The position numbers and the translations under genes were made by a program. A stretch of DNA of 53,491 nt. Source: a virus (lineage: Duplodnaviria > Caudoviricetes). The DNA lies in the IMG/VR virus record IMGVR_UViG_3300048999_000117, positions 1-53,491 of that record. One strand, 5' to 3'. The notes beneath the pieces were generated by a model. That model was not told the origin of the DNA and ran no database searches. It saw only the letters and a list, made by a program, of their open reading frames with translations. Below are positions 18,344 through 26,675 of the stretch, in pieces. How positions within the stretch are numbered: the stretch's first letter is position 1; each line of letters opens with the position of its first letter.

Positions 18344-19072
18344 ATGACCCGACGCCTGTGGAAAGTTGGCACCAACAGCGGTAACGACGGATGCCCGACC
18401 CTGTACGAGATCCCCGGCACGGACCAGTACGTCGTCCAGGGCGACAGCGTCACTGACGCCGACGAACTCGGCCAGTTGGACAACCTCACCACGGAGGAGG
18501 GCGCCGTCACCGTCCCGCGCGCGCTGCTCGCAAACTTCGGCCCCAAGGAGCCCGTGCACGTGCCCCAGTTCATCAGCTTCGACGAGTTCGGCGGCATGTT
18601 CGCCAAGCTCAAGCACTCCGCCTGGAGGCTGGAGACCCGCCGCCGCTACGCCTCCGACGAGGAGACCGACACCTACCGCCAGTTCGTCGCGGGCGAACCC
18701 GTGACCTGGGATCTCGACGACCCGTGGTGCACCGGCCGCCGCGAACAGTCCGCGCTGGGCAAGCGGTTCGAGCGGGTCCGTATCCTCGACGAGCCGCCTA
18801 CGGAGGGGCAGCGCTACCTCCTCGACAACGCCCGCCGCAACACCGCAGTCGGCGAGGACATCCGTGTTCTGACCCGCAGCAAGGCGACCGAACTCGGCCT
18901 GCCCGACGAGGACTTCTGGCTCTTCGACTCCCGCGTTGTCGCCCTGCTCCACCACAACGACGCCGACGAGATGACCGGCGTCGAACTCATCACCAACCCA
19001 GTGGACGTCCTCCGCTACGCGCAGGCCCGCGAGGCTGCATGGCACCACGCCGTGCCCTACGACCAGGCCTGA
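18344..19072 (+). CDS. DUF6879-like protein
   Basis: HSAWRLETRRRY, RVRILDEPPT, GEDIR, DFWLFD motifs; adjacent to the XRE-DUF5753 gene. Confidence 0.75.
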   Translation: MTRRLWKVGTNSGNDGCPTLYEIPGTDQYVVQGDSVTDADELGQLDNLTTEEGAVTVPRALLANFGPKEPVHVPQFISFDEFGGMFAKLKHSAWRLETRRRYASDEETDTYRQFVAGEPVTWDLDDPWCTGRREQSALGKRFERVRILDEPPTEGQRYLLDNARRNTAVGEDIRVLTRSKATELGLPDEDFWLFDSRVVALLHHNDADEMTGVELITNPVDVLRYAQAREAAWHHAVPYDQA

Positions 19073-19087
19073 CGGTAACTTGCCCAT

Positions 19088-19927
19088 GTGACCACGGACT
19101 TCCAGCAGGCCCGCGAGGCCCTCGGCCGCCGTCTGCGCGAGCTGAGGGCCGGCCAGACACAGCGGGAACTGGCGGCCGTGCTGGGGTGGCCGCAGGCCAA
19201 GGTCTCGAAGCTGGAGACCGGACGCCAGACGGCCACCCCCGACGACCTCACCTCGTGGGCCCAGGCCGCCGGCCACCCTCAGACCGCCGAGGAACTGCTG
19301 TCCAGGCTTCAGGGCCTGGAGACCCACACGCGTTCGTGGCGGCGCCAGCTGCGTGCCGGCCACCGCCCCGTGCAAGACGTCCTCACCATCGAGTACGAGC
19401 AGACTGCGGAGTTCCGCGCGTGGCAGGGCGCCCTCGTCGTCGGCATCCTGCAAACCCCGGACTACGCCCGGAACATCTTCGCCCGGTACGCCGAGCTCCA
19501 GCAGTCACCCCGGGACATCGAGGACGCTGTTCGGGCCCGCGTCCGTCGGCAGGAGCTGCTCTACCAGCCCGGCCGGACCTTTCATCTCCTCATGTGGGAA
19601 GCCGCTCTTCACGCTGGTGTAGCGCCGCCCGACGTGCTCGCCGCGCAGCTGGACCGGCTGGCCAGCGTCATCGGGCTCGACACTGTGCGGCTCGGCATCA
19701 TCCCGTTCGGCGCGCAGTTCGCCATCCCTCCCGCTAACGGCTTCTGGCTGTACGACGACCGGTTGGCGATCGTCGAGGAGTGGCATGCCGAGCTGTGGCT
19801 GAACGACGCGGACACCGTCTCCCTGTACCGGCGCGTGTGGGACACCCTGGACAAGTCGGCGGTCTACGGGACCCAGGCACGGCGTCTGATCGCGCGCGCC
19901 CGGGCACAGGTCTCCGACCTCGCGTGA
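19088..19927 (+). CDS. XRE-family regulator with C-terminal DUF5753 (WhiJ/Scr1-like)
   Basis: LGRRLRELR..TQRELA..KVSKLETG HTH; GILQTPDYAR..EAAL..QLDRL motif. Confidence 0.9.
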   Translation: MTTDFQQAREALGRRLRELRAGQTQRELAAVLGWPQAKVSKLETGRQTATPDDLTSWAQAAGHPQTAEELLSRLQGLETHTRSWRRQLRAGHRPVQDVLTIEYEQTAEFRAWQGALVVGILQTPDYARNIFARYAELQQSPRDIEDAVRARVRRQELLYQPGRTFHLLMWEAALHAGVAPPDVLAAQLDRLASVIGLDTVRLGIIPFGAQFAIPPANGFWLYDDRLAIVEEWHAELWLNDADTVSLYRRVWDTLDKSAVYGTQARRLIARARAQVSDLA

Positions 19928-20007
19928 GAATCACAGCGAATCGCACGTAACAGCAGGCGAATATTCGAGACTCAGGCACCGTGCCGATTCGCGAACCTCC
20001 CTAACGT
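19926..20007 (+). promoter_or_regulatory. Repeated G(A/C)GAAT motif and -10 TAACGT upstream of a probable leaderless gene
   Basis: GAGAATCA 19926, GCGAATCG 19936, GCGAATAT 19957, inverted CGATTCGC 19985; TAACGT 20002-20007, ATG 20015. Confidence 0.5.
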
Positions 20008-20014
20008 GCTGGTC

Positions 20015-20482
20015 ATGGCCCACACGAGGATGCGGTTCGCCGAGGTGTACGAGGCCGGGGACGCGTGGCTCGCCGACTGCTCCGCGCACCCGACCCTCGT
20101 CCGCATGACGTGGAACAAGGAAGTCCTCGCCCCGATAGCCGTCGGCACGCACTGGCTGGCCGCCGAGACAGCGCTCATGCCCACGATGCAGGCCCTCAAC
20201 CGGATCCGGGGCGAACACCGTGGGCCGGTTCTCGCCGACGTCGAGACGGACACGGCCTGGTGGCTCGTCCCAACCGGCTCCGCAGCGGAACTGGCCGATC
20301 TTCGCCAAGTCACCGTCCAGCGCACGGGATGGACGCTGAGCTGCCCGCCCACTGGCTGGAGCCTGGAGGGCCGCCTGTGGCTGAACCGCCCGGACGGGTC
20401 TGGCCGGCTGACCGATCCCGCCCTACTCGCTGCCGCGCTCGGGCCGGGCGGGTACCGACTCCCTACGGAGGCCGCTGGATGA
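20015..20482 (+). CDS. Conserved Streptomyces hypothetical protein
   Basis: GPVLAD..WWLVP.G...WL..PDGSGRLTDP..L.AAL pattern. Confidence 0.75.
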   Translation: MAHTRMRFAEVYEAGDAWLADCSAHPTLVRMTWNKEVLAPIAVGTHWLAAETALMPTMQALNRIRGEHRGPVLADVETDTAWWLVPTGSAAELADLRQVTVQRTGWTLSCPPTGWSLEGRLWLNRPDGSGRLTDPALLAAALGPGGYRLPTEAAG

Positions 20483-20679
20483 GAACGGACATGGACCCTC
20501 CCATCACACTCGGGCTCCCGCTCGACGAGCCCGAGCCACCGCCGGACTGCGACGTGTGCGAGGCGCTTGCCCGGCGACGGGCCGAGGCCACGCAGGCCGG
20601 TGACCTCTCGCGCGTCTCGGACTGCAACGTCGAAATCCGCAACCACCACCTCGCGCGCCCCACCAAGGGGAAGCCGTGA
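20479..20679 (+). CDS. Small Cys/His protein (CxxC...C...H)
   Basis: ATGA coupling with GGAGG RBS; CDVCEAL...SDCNVEIRNH. Confidence 0.7.
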   Translation: MRTDMDPPITLGLPLDEPEPPPDCDVCEALARRRAEATQAGDLSRVSDCNVEIRNHHLARPTKGKP

Positions 20680-20885
20680 GCACGACCGGATGGCAATGGC
20701 GCGACGGGAGCGGCGGGGCCGGCCACATGCAGCGCGTCGCCACCAACGCCGCGTTCACCCAGACCCAGACGGCCTACCGCGCGTACATCGACCACAGCCG
20801 CGACTGCGCCACCTGCGCCGTGGACAGCGGCCAGTGCGCGACGGCCGAACAGTTCTGGGAGGCGTACCAAGCCGTTGTCACCTAG
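20676..20885 (+). CDS. Small Cys/His protein (H..C..C...C)
   Basis: GTGA coupling; HSRDCATC....CATA. Confidence 0.7.
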   Translation: MSTTGWQWRDGSGGAGHMQRVATNAAFTQTQTAYRAYIDHSRDCATCAVDSGQCATAEQFWEAYQAVVT

Positions 20886-20965
20886 GCCTCGTGACCAGCG
20901 CCCGCCGATCGCGCCGGTCACGGGATAGTGCGGCCGTCCCTGCATCCCCCGTCAGGGGCGGCCGC

Positions 20966-21202
20966 TCACTTGACCAACTCGGCGAGGGGTACGCCGATGG
21001 CGTCGGCGATCCGGATCAGCGTGTCGAGGAGCGGCGAGGAATGCCCCTGTTCGATCCGGCTGTATGTGGCGACGTCGATCCCGGACAGTCCGCATACGTC
21101 GGGCTGCGTCATGTTGTGCTGCTCGCGCACACGGCGGATCTGTTCTCCCACCTGGCGGCGGCGGGCGAGGACCCGTTCGTCGGGTGGAGTGGGGCGGGAC
21201 AC
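20966..21202 (-). CDS. Small XRE-family HTH protein
   Basis: IRRVR...MTQ......ATYSRIEQG..SP.LDTLIRIADAIGV. Confidence 0.9.
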   Translation of the reverse strand: MSRPTPPDERVLARRRQVGEQIRRVREQHNMTQPDVCGLSGIDVATYSRIEQGHSSPLLDTLIRIADAIGVPLAELVK

Positions 21203-21235
21203 CCGTCCACGCTGACGACCACATGATCAAATGTG

Positions 21236-21253
21236 ATTAGGGTCAACCCTAAT
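21236..21253. promoter_or_regulatory. Palindromic operator upstream of the small XRE gene
   Basis: ATTAGGGT-CA-ACCCTAAT perfect inverted repeat in AT-rich DNA. Confidence 0.65.
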
Positions 21254-21392
21254 TTGTGTGATCTTGAAGGCTGAGGGGAACCCGATCAGAATCGGCTCCC
21301 CCACCTACGGCCCTTCCTGTTCAGCCCCCAGGCAGAGGGAAGGTGCCGCGGCTCCCCCGGTCCCCAGACCGGGGGAGCCGTCACATGTGGCC

Positions 21393-21911
21393 CTAAACGG
21401 CCAGCAGGATCGCCGGCGGAACCCGGAGCGGGGTCGGTGAGAGAGCAATGCCGGGCCACGTCTTGTGCTCGTACCAGGCCTGAAGCCACAGCCCGTCACC
21501 GGCGATACGTTCCAGCATCCCGTTCATTTCGTTGCGCAGCGCACCGGTGCAGTAGCCGGAGCGAATGTTCCACACGCACACCCCGTCCTCCTCGGTGGGG
21601 AAGACGGTCCGGTCGCGCGGCATTTCGAGTGCCGGAACGATCTCCCATCGTGATTCGGCGATACCGAGACCCTCGATGGGCTGCTGCATGCGGCCTTCGT
21701 CGGTCCAGCGCTGTCGCCACAGGCCGTCACCGACCTGGTGACGGGTCAACCAGTTGAATTCCCGCACGAGCTGCCTGCGCGCGTGCAGGCGGTGGAGGAA
21801 GATGTCGGCCGTTGCACCATCGCGATCTTCGACGTGGACGAGACGACCCGAAGGAATCTGGCTGGATTCCCCCAGGTGGTACACGGCCGATGGGTGCTGC
21901 TCATTTGGCAT
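21393..21911 (-). CDS. Hypothetical protein with internal duplication
   Basis: ATG 21911 with AGGGGG RBS; two copies of E.N....GDGLW.Q.W. Confidence 0.7.
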   Translation of the reverse strand: MPNEQHPSAVYHLGESSQIPSGRLVHVEDRDGATADIFLHRLHARRQLVREFNWLTRHQVGDGLWRQRWTDEGRMQQPIEGLGIAESRWEIVPALEMPRDRTVFPTEEDGVCVWNIRSGYCTGALRNEMNGMLERIAGDGLWLQAWYEHKTWPGIALSPTPLRVPPAILLAV

Positions 21912-22103
21912 ATCGCCCCCTGTGTCCCGTGCTGCTCCCGCCAAAATGCGTGGCAGCGGCAGCACGGATCCGTCATCTCGCGCCCCCAGGCGGATGACCA
22001 TCATGCACCGGGCGATACTTTCAGCCAATAGGTTACGTACAGCGCGTAATCACCCTTCGCCAACTCCCTGCCGAATAATGGAAGTTGTGGCGAAAAAAGT
22101 TCG

Positions 22104-22517
22104 TCAGTCGGTTTGCGCCTTGCGCCTGGACTCCATCAGCCTCAGGACTTTCTCCTGGTCGTCGGCATCCATCTCGCTGAACCCGATCACGAGGGCCCGC
22201 ATCTTTCCGTCGGCTGTCCATACGGTGTCGATGCCAAGGAACTGCGAACCGGCCGCCTCTTGGACCATGCCCAGGGGGAGCTGCAGGCCGGCCGCCAGAG
22301 CTCGCAGTTGGGGGAACTCCGGGGCCTTGATCCGTCGCCCCTGTCGTAGGTTGTCGAGAGTGCCGCGGCTCCAGAGCGGGCCCTGCGCGGGGCCCTCTGG
22401 ATCGATGCAGGCCGCCGCGAGTGTGCGGGCCCCGTACTCCAGTTCTTCCATGCGTGCGCGCACGAGGTCGGACAGGTGGGTGCGTGGTGTCTCGCTGCCA
22501 GCCGCCATTGTCCTCAT
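22104..22517 (-). CDS. XRE-like transcriptional regulator
   Basis: LSDLVRARMEEL....RTLA...SRGTLDNL..G...P...LRALAAGL HTH-like pattern. Confidence 0.75.
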   Translation of the reverse strand: MRTMAAGSETPRTHLSDLVRARMEELEYGARTLAAACIDPEGPAQGPLWSRGTLDNLRQGRRIKAPEFPQLRALAAGLQLPLGMVQEAAGSQFLGIDTVWTADGKMRALVIGFSEMDADDQEKVLRLMESRRKAQTD

Positions 22518-22654
22518 CCTTCGATCCCAGTGGGCCGCCTAGATCGAGGCGTGCCGTGCACAGTGTCCAGGTTCTTGGCCAGTCCGCACCAGCCTGTGCC
22601 CGGAGGTCATCCTGCTCGCGGTCAGCGGCAGGCCGGAGTGCGCTATGCACTCAA

Positions 22655-23036
22655 GGTGGGAAACGAATGGGAAATGATCAAGCTCAGTAGACTCTATTCG
22701 TCTCTAATAATCTCTAGCTTTCCCTAGTTTCGCCCTTGGACTGCTCCGCCGCTCACGATCTCTGCCATCGACCCGCGATTGCGCCAGTCGAAGGACGATG
22801 AGCGGCGGAGGCCAGTCAACTACTGCCTGACCTGCTGTTTTTCACAGCGCTTGGGCGGCCGGCTTCACCATGCCGCGCACCGTGCGGGACTTCACGAAGT
22901 CGCCCATCGCGGTCATGTCCCACTCGCCGGAGAACTGCTTGACCAGCTTCGCCATGTTCAGGCTGGTACACGATCACCTGCGCTGAGCTGGGGAGTCTCT
23001 ACGCCCGGTTGATCAACTGGGAGAGGACTGGGAAAC
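22655..23036. other. attP region with arm-type repeats, phased accessory sites and core
   Basis: TGGGAAA pair at 22657/22668 and TGGGA(G/A)A pair at 23018/23029 (both 11-bp period); phased CTCTA at 22691-22730; host-like gene fragment next to the integrase stop. Confidence 0.8.
22842..22955 (-). pseudogene. 3' fragment of a host TerD-family gene carried in attP
   Basis: MAKLVKQFSGEWDMTAMGDFVKSRTVRGMVKPAAQAL*, recognised from memory as the C-terminus of Streptomyces TerD-family proteins. Confidence 0.75.
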
Positions 23037-24298
23037 GGCGGTATCCAGAGACCGCCCGCAGCCTGATGGAAGGTGTCCCACCGCTCCTGCTGCGACTCAA
23101 TGATATCCCTCTCCATCTTGATGGTGAGGTTGCTGTACAGGCCCCTGACGCCCGCGATCTCGTGGCCCATCCGCGTCTCGACGGCGACCTCGGAGTGCCC
23201 GTCCTCGTCGAGGCACTCCTTCATCCAGTGCCGGAGCCGGTAGATGGGCGTCGCCTCGAACTCCTTCACCGCGGGGATGGCCGGACGCAGGAAGTCCTTG
23301 CGGGCCTCGCGTGCCTCACCGCCGTCACGCGTCGGCCACCAGTAGTCCCGGTCGAACCGTGCGCTCAGCAGCGGGCCCCCGTTCATGGCGGGGAACGTCC
23401 ACGGTGCTGTGTGGGAGGACGCGAGCGCGGTGTGCATCCCGGTCAGGAACGGCGCCATGACGAGGCTCCGGTGCGACTCGTACTTCGGCGCGGTGAGGGT
23501 CGGCTTCCCGCCCACCCACTGGTGCTGGAACTCCACTCGCGTCGCCGGCATGTCCGCGTACCGCTCCAGCGACTCGGCCCGCTGCTGTGAGTCCGGGTCG
23601 GAGGCCGGCCAGAGCGGTGCGGCGTAGACCTTCTGCTGGCCGTACATCTCGCCGGGCCGTGTCCCTTGGAACGCCGCGTGCCAGATGTACGTCCACCCGG
23701 CGAAACCCCACACCGTGTAGGCGTTGACCGCCAGTTGGTACACCGGGCCCATGGCCAGGGGGCGCTTCTTCTTGACGGTCTTCTTCACGTACTTGCCGCG
23801 ACGCGGGGTCGGCGGCGGCAGAGGGGTGTCGGTCCGGTACTTGTACCGGGTCACCGCGTCCGCCATCAGCATGGCGAACACCATGAGGATGTCGTCGACA
23901 TAGGTGCGCGACAGCTCCTTCCTCTCGACCTTCTGATTCAGCGAGTTCTTCCAGGCGAGGTACTCGGGCGTCGTGATATCGCCGACGCGCCTTCTGCCCC
24001 ACTGCTTGTTGATCTGCGCTTTGATCATGGACCGGTACGTCTTGACGGATTCGAGCCTCAGATCCTGGTCCGGTAGCCAGATCGGCAGCGCATAGTCCTT
24101 CATCAGGATGTCGCCGCGGCTCTTGGGAACGTGCTTGTCGTGACGAACCTCGTATTCACGGTCCAGGCCGAAGTCGTAGGCGGAGTCGTAGTCGTTGAAG
24201 CCGGACTCGCTCTCGTACTTCTTACTGCCGCTGTCGAGGTATTCCCCGGCCCACCACTTCACGCGGAACTTGTTTCCGCGTTGCTCGACATAGGGCAT
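22958..24298 (-). CDS. int: Tyrosine integrase
   Basis: GTRPGE (R), YRLRH, MGH, LY catalytic motifs; N-terminal arm-binding domain. Confidence 0.88.
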   Translation of the reverse strand: MPYVEQRGNKFRVKWWAGEYLDSGSKKYESESGFNDYDSAYDFGLDREYEVRHDKHVPKSRGDILMKDYALPIWLPDQDLRLESVKTYRSMIKAQINKQWGRRRVGDITTPEYLAWKNSLNQKVERKELSRTYVDDILMVFAMLMADAVTRYKYRTDTPLPPPTPRRGKYVKKTVKKKRPLAMGPVYQLAVNAYTVWGFAGWTYIWHAAFQGTRPGEMYGQQKVYAAPLWPASDPDSQQRAESLERYADMPATRVEFQHQWVGGKPTLTAPKYESHRSLVMAPFLTGMHTALASSHTAPWTFPAMNGGPLLSARFDRDYWWPTRDGGEAREARKDFLRPAIPAVKEFEATPIYRLRHWMKECLDEDGHSEVAVETRMGHEIAGVRGLYSNLTIKMERDIIESQQERWDTFHQAAGGLWIPPFPSPLPVDQPGVETPQLSAGDRVPA

Positions 24299-24375
24299 GC
24301 GTCATCCCCCTGGGTGAGAATGCGAATTGAATGGCTGTGCTGACAGGCGTCCTGTCTTTGGGTGTTGAGCTGATC

Positions 24376-24573
24376 TCAGCCTGCTCGGCCGACCGGACAT
24401 CCACCGCACGCTCTGCAGTTGACGCCTTCGCCGTGCATGAGCCTGCGGACGAGAGCCTGAGTCTTCGGGTCGGAGGCCGCTGCCGACGGAAGGACGCAGA
24501 CGACCCGGCCGTCGATCTTCAACGCTTGGCCTATAAAGGCGGGCTCTCGATCGTAGGTAATCACCGTCGCCAC
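24376..24573 (-). CDS. Small Cys-tailed hypothetical protein between repressor and integrase
   Basis: 65 aa ending CRACGGCP; GAGG RBS. Confidence 0.6.
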   Translation of the reverse strand: MATVITYDREPAFIGQALKIDGRVVCVLPSAAASDPKTQALVRRLMHGEGVNCRACGGCPVGRAG

Positions 24574-24723
24574 ACTGCGCCTCGCTCACCCCTCGAAGAA
24601 CCCCCAGGTGAACGTCAGCGTTGCACGTGGGATGCGGCTCCGTGAGGGTAGATGGCCAAAAACTTGGCCACTACAGGTCACGATCGGGTAACGACAAAAA
24701 GGTTGTACGCCGATCGCGTTCGA

Positions 24724-25203
24724 TCAGTCTGAATCGCTAAGTAGTCCGTGCTTGCGCATGACTTCCAGGGCGTACTCGGCTACGCGTCTGCTCATTTCCT
24801 GGGCTTCTCCGAGAGGCACTTGCGGGCTGACCGCTGTCGCCACATCGAGGAACCCCTCTCTCATCTCCTCGCTCACGTCCGCCGCGCGTACCCGGCTGCG
24901 CTGGATCTGTGCGCCGGAGATCAGCTCGGTGCCGTCGGTCAGCGTGATGGAGTCCGCGCCGGCCAGGACGCTCGTGCAGGAGCCGGGCTGCATCCCGAAG
25001 CCTGCTTCGAGCTTGGCGTAACTCGTGGGGCCGACCGACTTGCCCTTCTCGACGTTCGAGTAAGTCGTGACCGAGAGACTGCACAGCTTGGCCGCGTCGC
25101 GCTTGTCCGTGATGCCGAGCGCGGTGCGCCGCTGAAGCACGAGTGTCCCGAGTTTCAGCAGGTGACGGCTGGTGTCGTCGCTGGTTGGCGCCATGCCGCC
25201 CAT
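24724..25203 (-). CDS. Probable immunity repressor (XRE HTH)
   Basis: RRTALG..K.DAA....LSVTTYSNVEKG HTH; divergent from cro-like gene, upstream of int. Confidence 0.75.
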   Translation of the reverse strand: MGGMAPTSDDTSRHLLKLGTLVLQRRTALGITDKRDAAKLCSLSVTTYSNVEKGKSVGPTSYAKLEAGFGMQPGSCTSVLAGADSITLTDGTELISGAQIQRSRVRAADVSEEMREGFLDVATAVSPQVPLGEAQEMSRRVAEYALEVMRKHGLLSDSD

Positions 25204-25210
25204 GATGACA

Positions 25211-25362
25211 GCTACCTCTAGCTACCGCCAGAAATCTCTAGGCCTGTGGCCAGTTCTTGGCGTCACCTTGGCGGACTGTGGTGCACGCGGCAGCGAGAAC
25301 TAGAGATTTCTAGAGATTACTCGCGAGTATCGCTAGAAGTCTCCATCGCGAGTCACTAGCTT
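25211..25362. promoter_or_regulatory. Lysis/lysogeny switch with 10-bp-phased CTCTAG repeats
   Basis: GCTACCTCTA-GCTACCGCCA-GAAATCTCTA-G; inverted CTAGAGATTT-CTAGAGATT; -10 TAGCTT 25357-25362, 7 nt before the cro ATG. Confidence 0.7.
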
Positions 25363-25369
25363 TCTCCAT

Positions 25370-25666
25370 ATGCACAGAACCCCAACCACCTTCCAGGTGG
25401 ACGGGGCGGCCATCCGCACACGCCGCAAGGAACTCGGTCTGTCCCTCGCCGAGTGCGCCGCCCGAGCCCGAATCAGCCGGCCGTACCTCAGCCAGCTCGA
25501 AAACGGCGACCGGCGCGACATGCGGCCCCCCACCTACAAGCGCCTGAACTCCGCCCTCAAGAGCCAGCGATCAAAGCGGCTGCTCCTCGCCCCTACCGAG
25601 GACGCGGCACGAGAGGAAACAGATGCCCGCCACGAAGGCGCCCCCCGCTCGGACCAGGACGGATGA
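25370..25666 (+). CDS. Cro-like HTH protein
   Basis: IRTRRKELGLSLAECAARARISRPYLSQLENG. Confidence 0.85.
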   Translation: MHRTPTTFQVDGAAIRTRRKELGLSLAECAARARISRPYLSQLENGDRRDMRPPTYKRLNSALKSQRSKRLLLAPTEDAAREETDARHEGAPRSDQDG

Positions 25667-25949
25667 GCCCGTCCTGCAGAACTTCCACAACCTGAAGCAG
25701 GCCACTGTCCGGCTCGGCCTCGCCACCGAAGACCCTGCCGACACCCGAGGTCAGGACTGGCTCCGCAGGGGTGTGAACCGTCCCGAGGACGGCAGCAAGG
25801 GACCCCGGTTCCCCTGCCACCGCATGGCCAGTCAGCTCATGTTCAGTGACTCGGACCTCGCCGTGATCGCGGAGATGCAGCGCAACAAGGTCGACGGCCG
25901 GTCGAAGCCCCGTCGAAGCCGCCGCACCCGCAGGTCGTCGAACGCCTGA
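25623..25949 (+). CDS. Putative excisionase / winged-helix DNA-binding protein
   Basis: LKQA...LG...WLR....FPCHRM...LMFS..DL pattern; position after cro. Confidence 0.55.
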   Translation: MPATKAPPARTRTDEPVLQNFHNLKQATVRLGLATEDPADTRGQDWLRRGVNRPEDGSKGPRFPCHRMASQLMFSDSDLAVIAEMQRNKVDGRSKPRRSRRTRRSSNA

Positions 25950-26049
25950 CATGGCGACGGCCCCGACAGCCGGTCTGCCAACCGCCCGTCGAGGCCTCCG
26001 AGTTCCACCGCTCTACCTGCAATCGGACTGCAAGAGAGAAGAGGACCAC

Positions 26050-26280
26050 GTGTCCGCATCATCCCAGACCCACCCGCCGGGAGCGTTGACCGCTCTCAGC
26101 GAGGCCCGGCCGGTGCGCCGGATCGCCGAGTTGGACGTGCCGCTGGCCCAGGTCGAGGCCGAGCTGGACGCGCTGCGTCAGCGACTCCCGCTCGACGACC
26201 CCGACCGGCACGCCCTCGACACCGCCGCCGACCGCGCCTTCGCGCAGCTGGTGTGCGAGCCGACGGGCGGTGCCGTGTGA
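26050..26280 (+). CDS. Hypothetical early protein
   Basis: GTG 26050 with GAGGA RBS; coupled chain. Confidence 0.65.
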   Translation: MSASSQTHPPGALTALSEARPVRRIAELDVPLAQVEAELDALRQRLPLDDPDRHALDTAADRAFAQLVCEPTGGAV

Positions 26281-26675
26281 GCGACCACATCACCAGCGAG
26301 GCCCTCGCCGACATCGCGGTGAGCACCGGCCCTGACTGGCAGGCCGGCCGCCACGAGCCGCACGACCCCGAGGCCGAGATCACCACCCCTTCCCTCGACG
26401 CGACACAGACCAAGTACCGCGTCACCTACGACCGCGTGGGCCGCCACGGCGGACGCAACGGCAGCAATCCCCCGGCCCCGCTCACCGTGTGGGCGGTCAC
26501 CGCCGATGGACTCGCCGAGCACATCGCGAAGGACGTCCGCCCGTACCTCCTCTCCCGGGGCGCCGAAGTCGTCGTCGACCTGGAGAAGATGAGCGGCTTC
26601 GTCCTCGCCCGGTTCCAGAACGCCGGCACCTTCACCATCGAGGCCGTGCAGGTCACCGAGGGCGGTGCCGCGTGA
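26277..26675 (+). CDS. Hypothetical early protein
   Basis: GTGA coupling at both ends. Confidence 0.7.
   Translation: MSDHITSEALADIAVSTGPDWQAGRHEPHDPEAEITTPSLDATQTKYRVTYDRVGRHGGRNGSNPPAPLTVWAVTADGLAEHIAKDVRPYLLSRGAEVVVDLEKMSGFVLARFQNAGTFTIEAVQVTEGGAA

Noticed and set aside
22520-22960. tRNA or tmRNA fragment as the att core
   Set aside because: No cloverleaf or T-loop motif found; the host-like segment is protein-coding.
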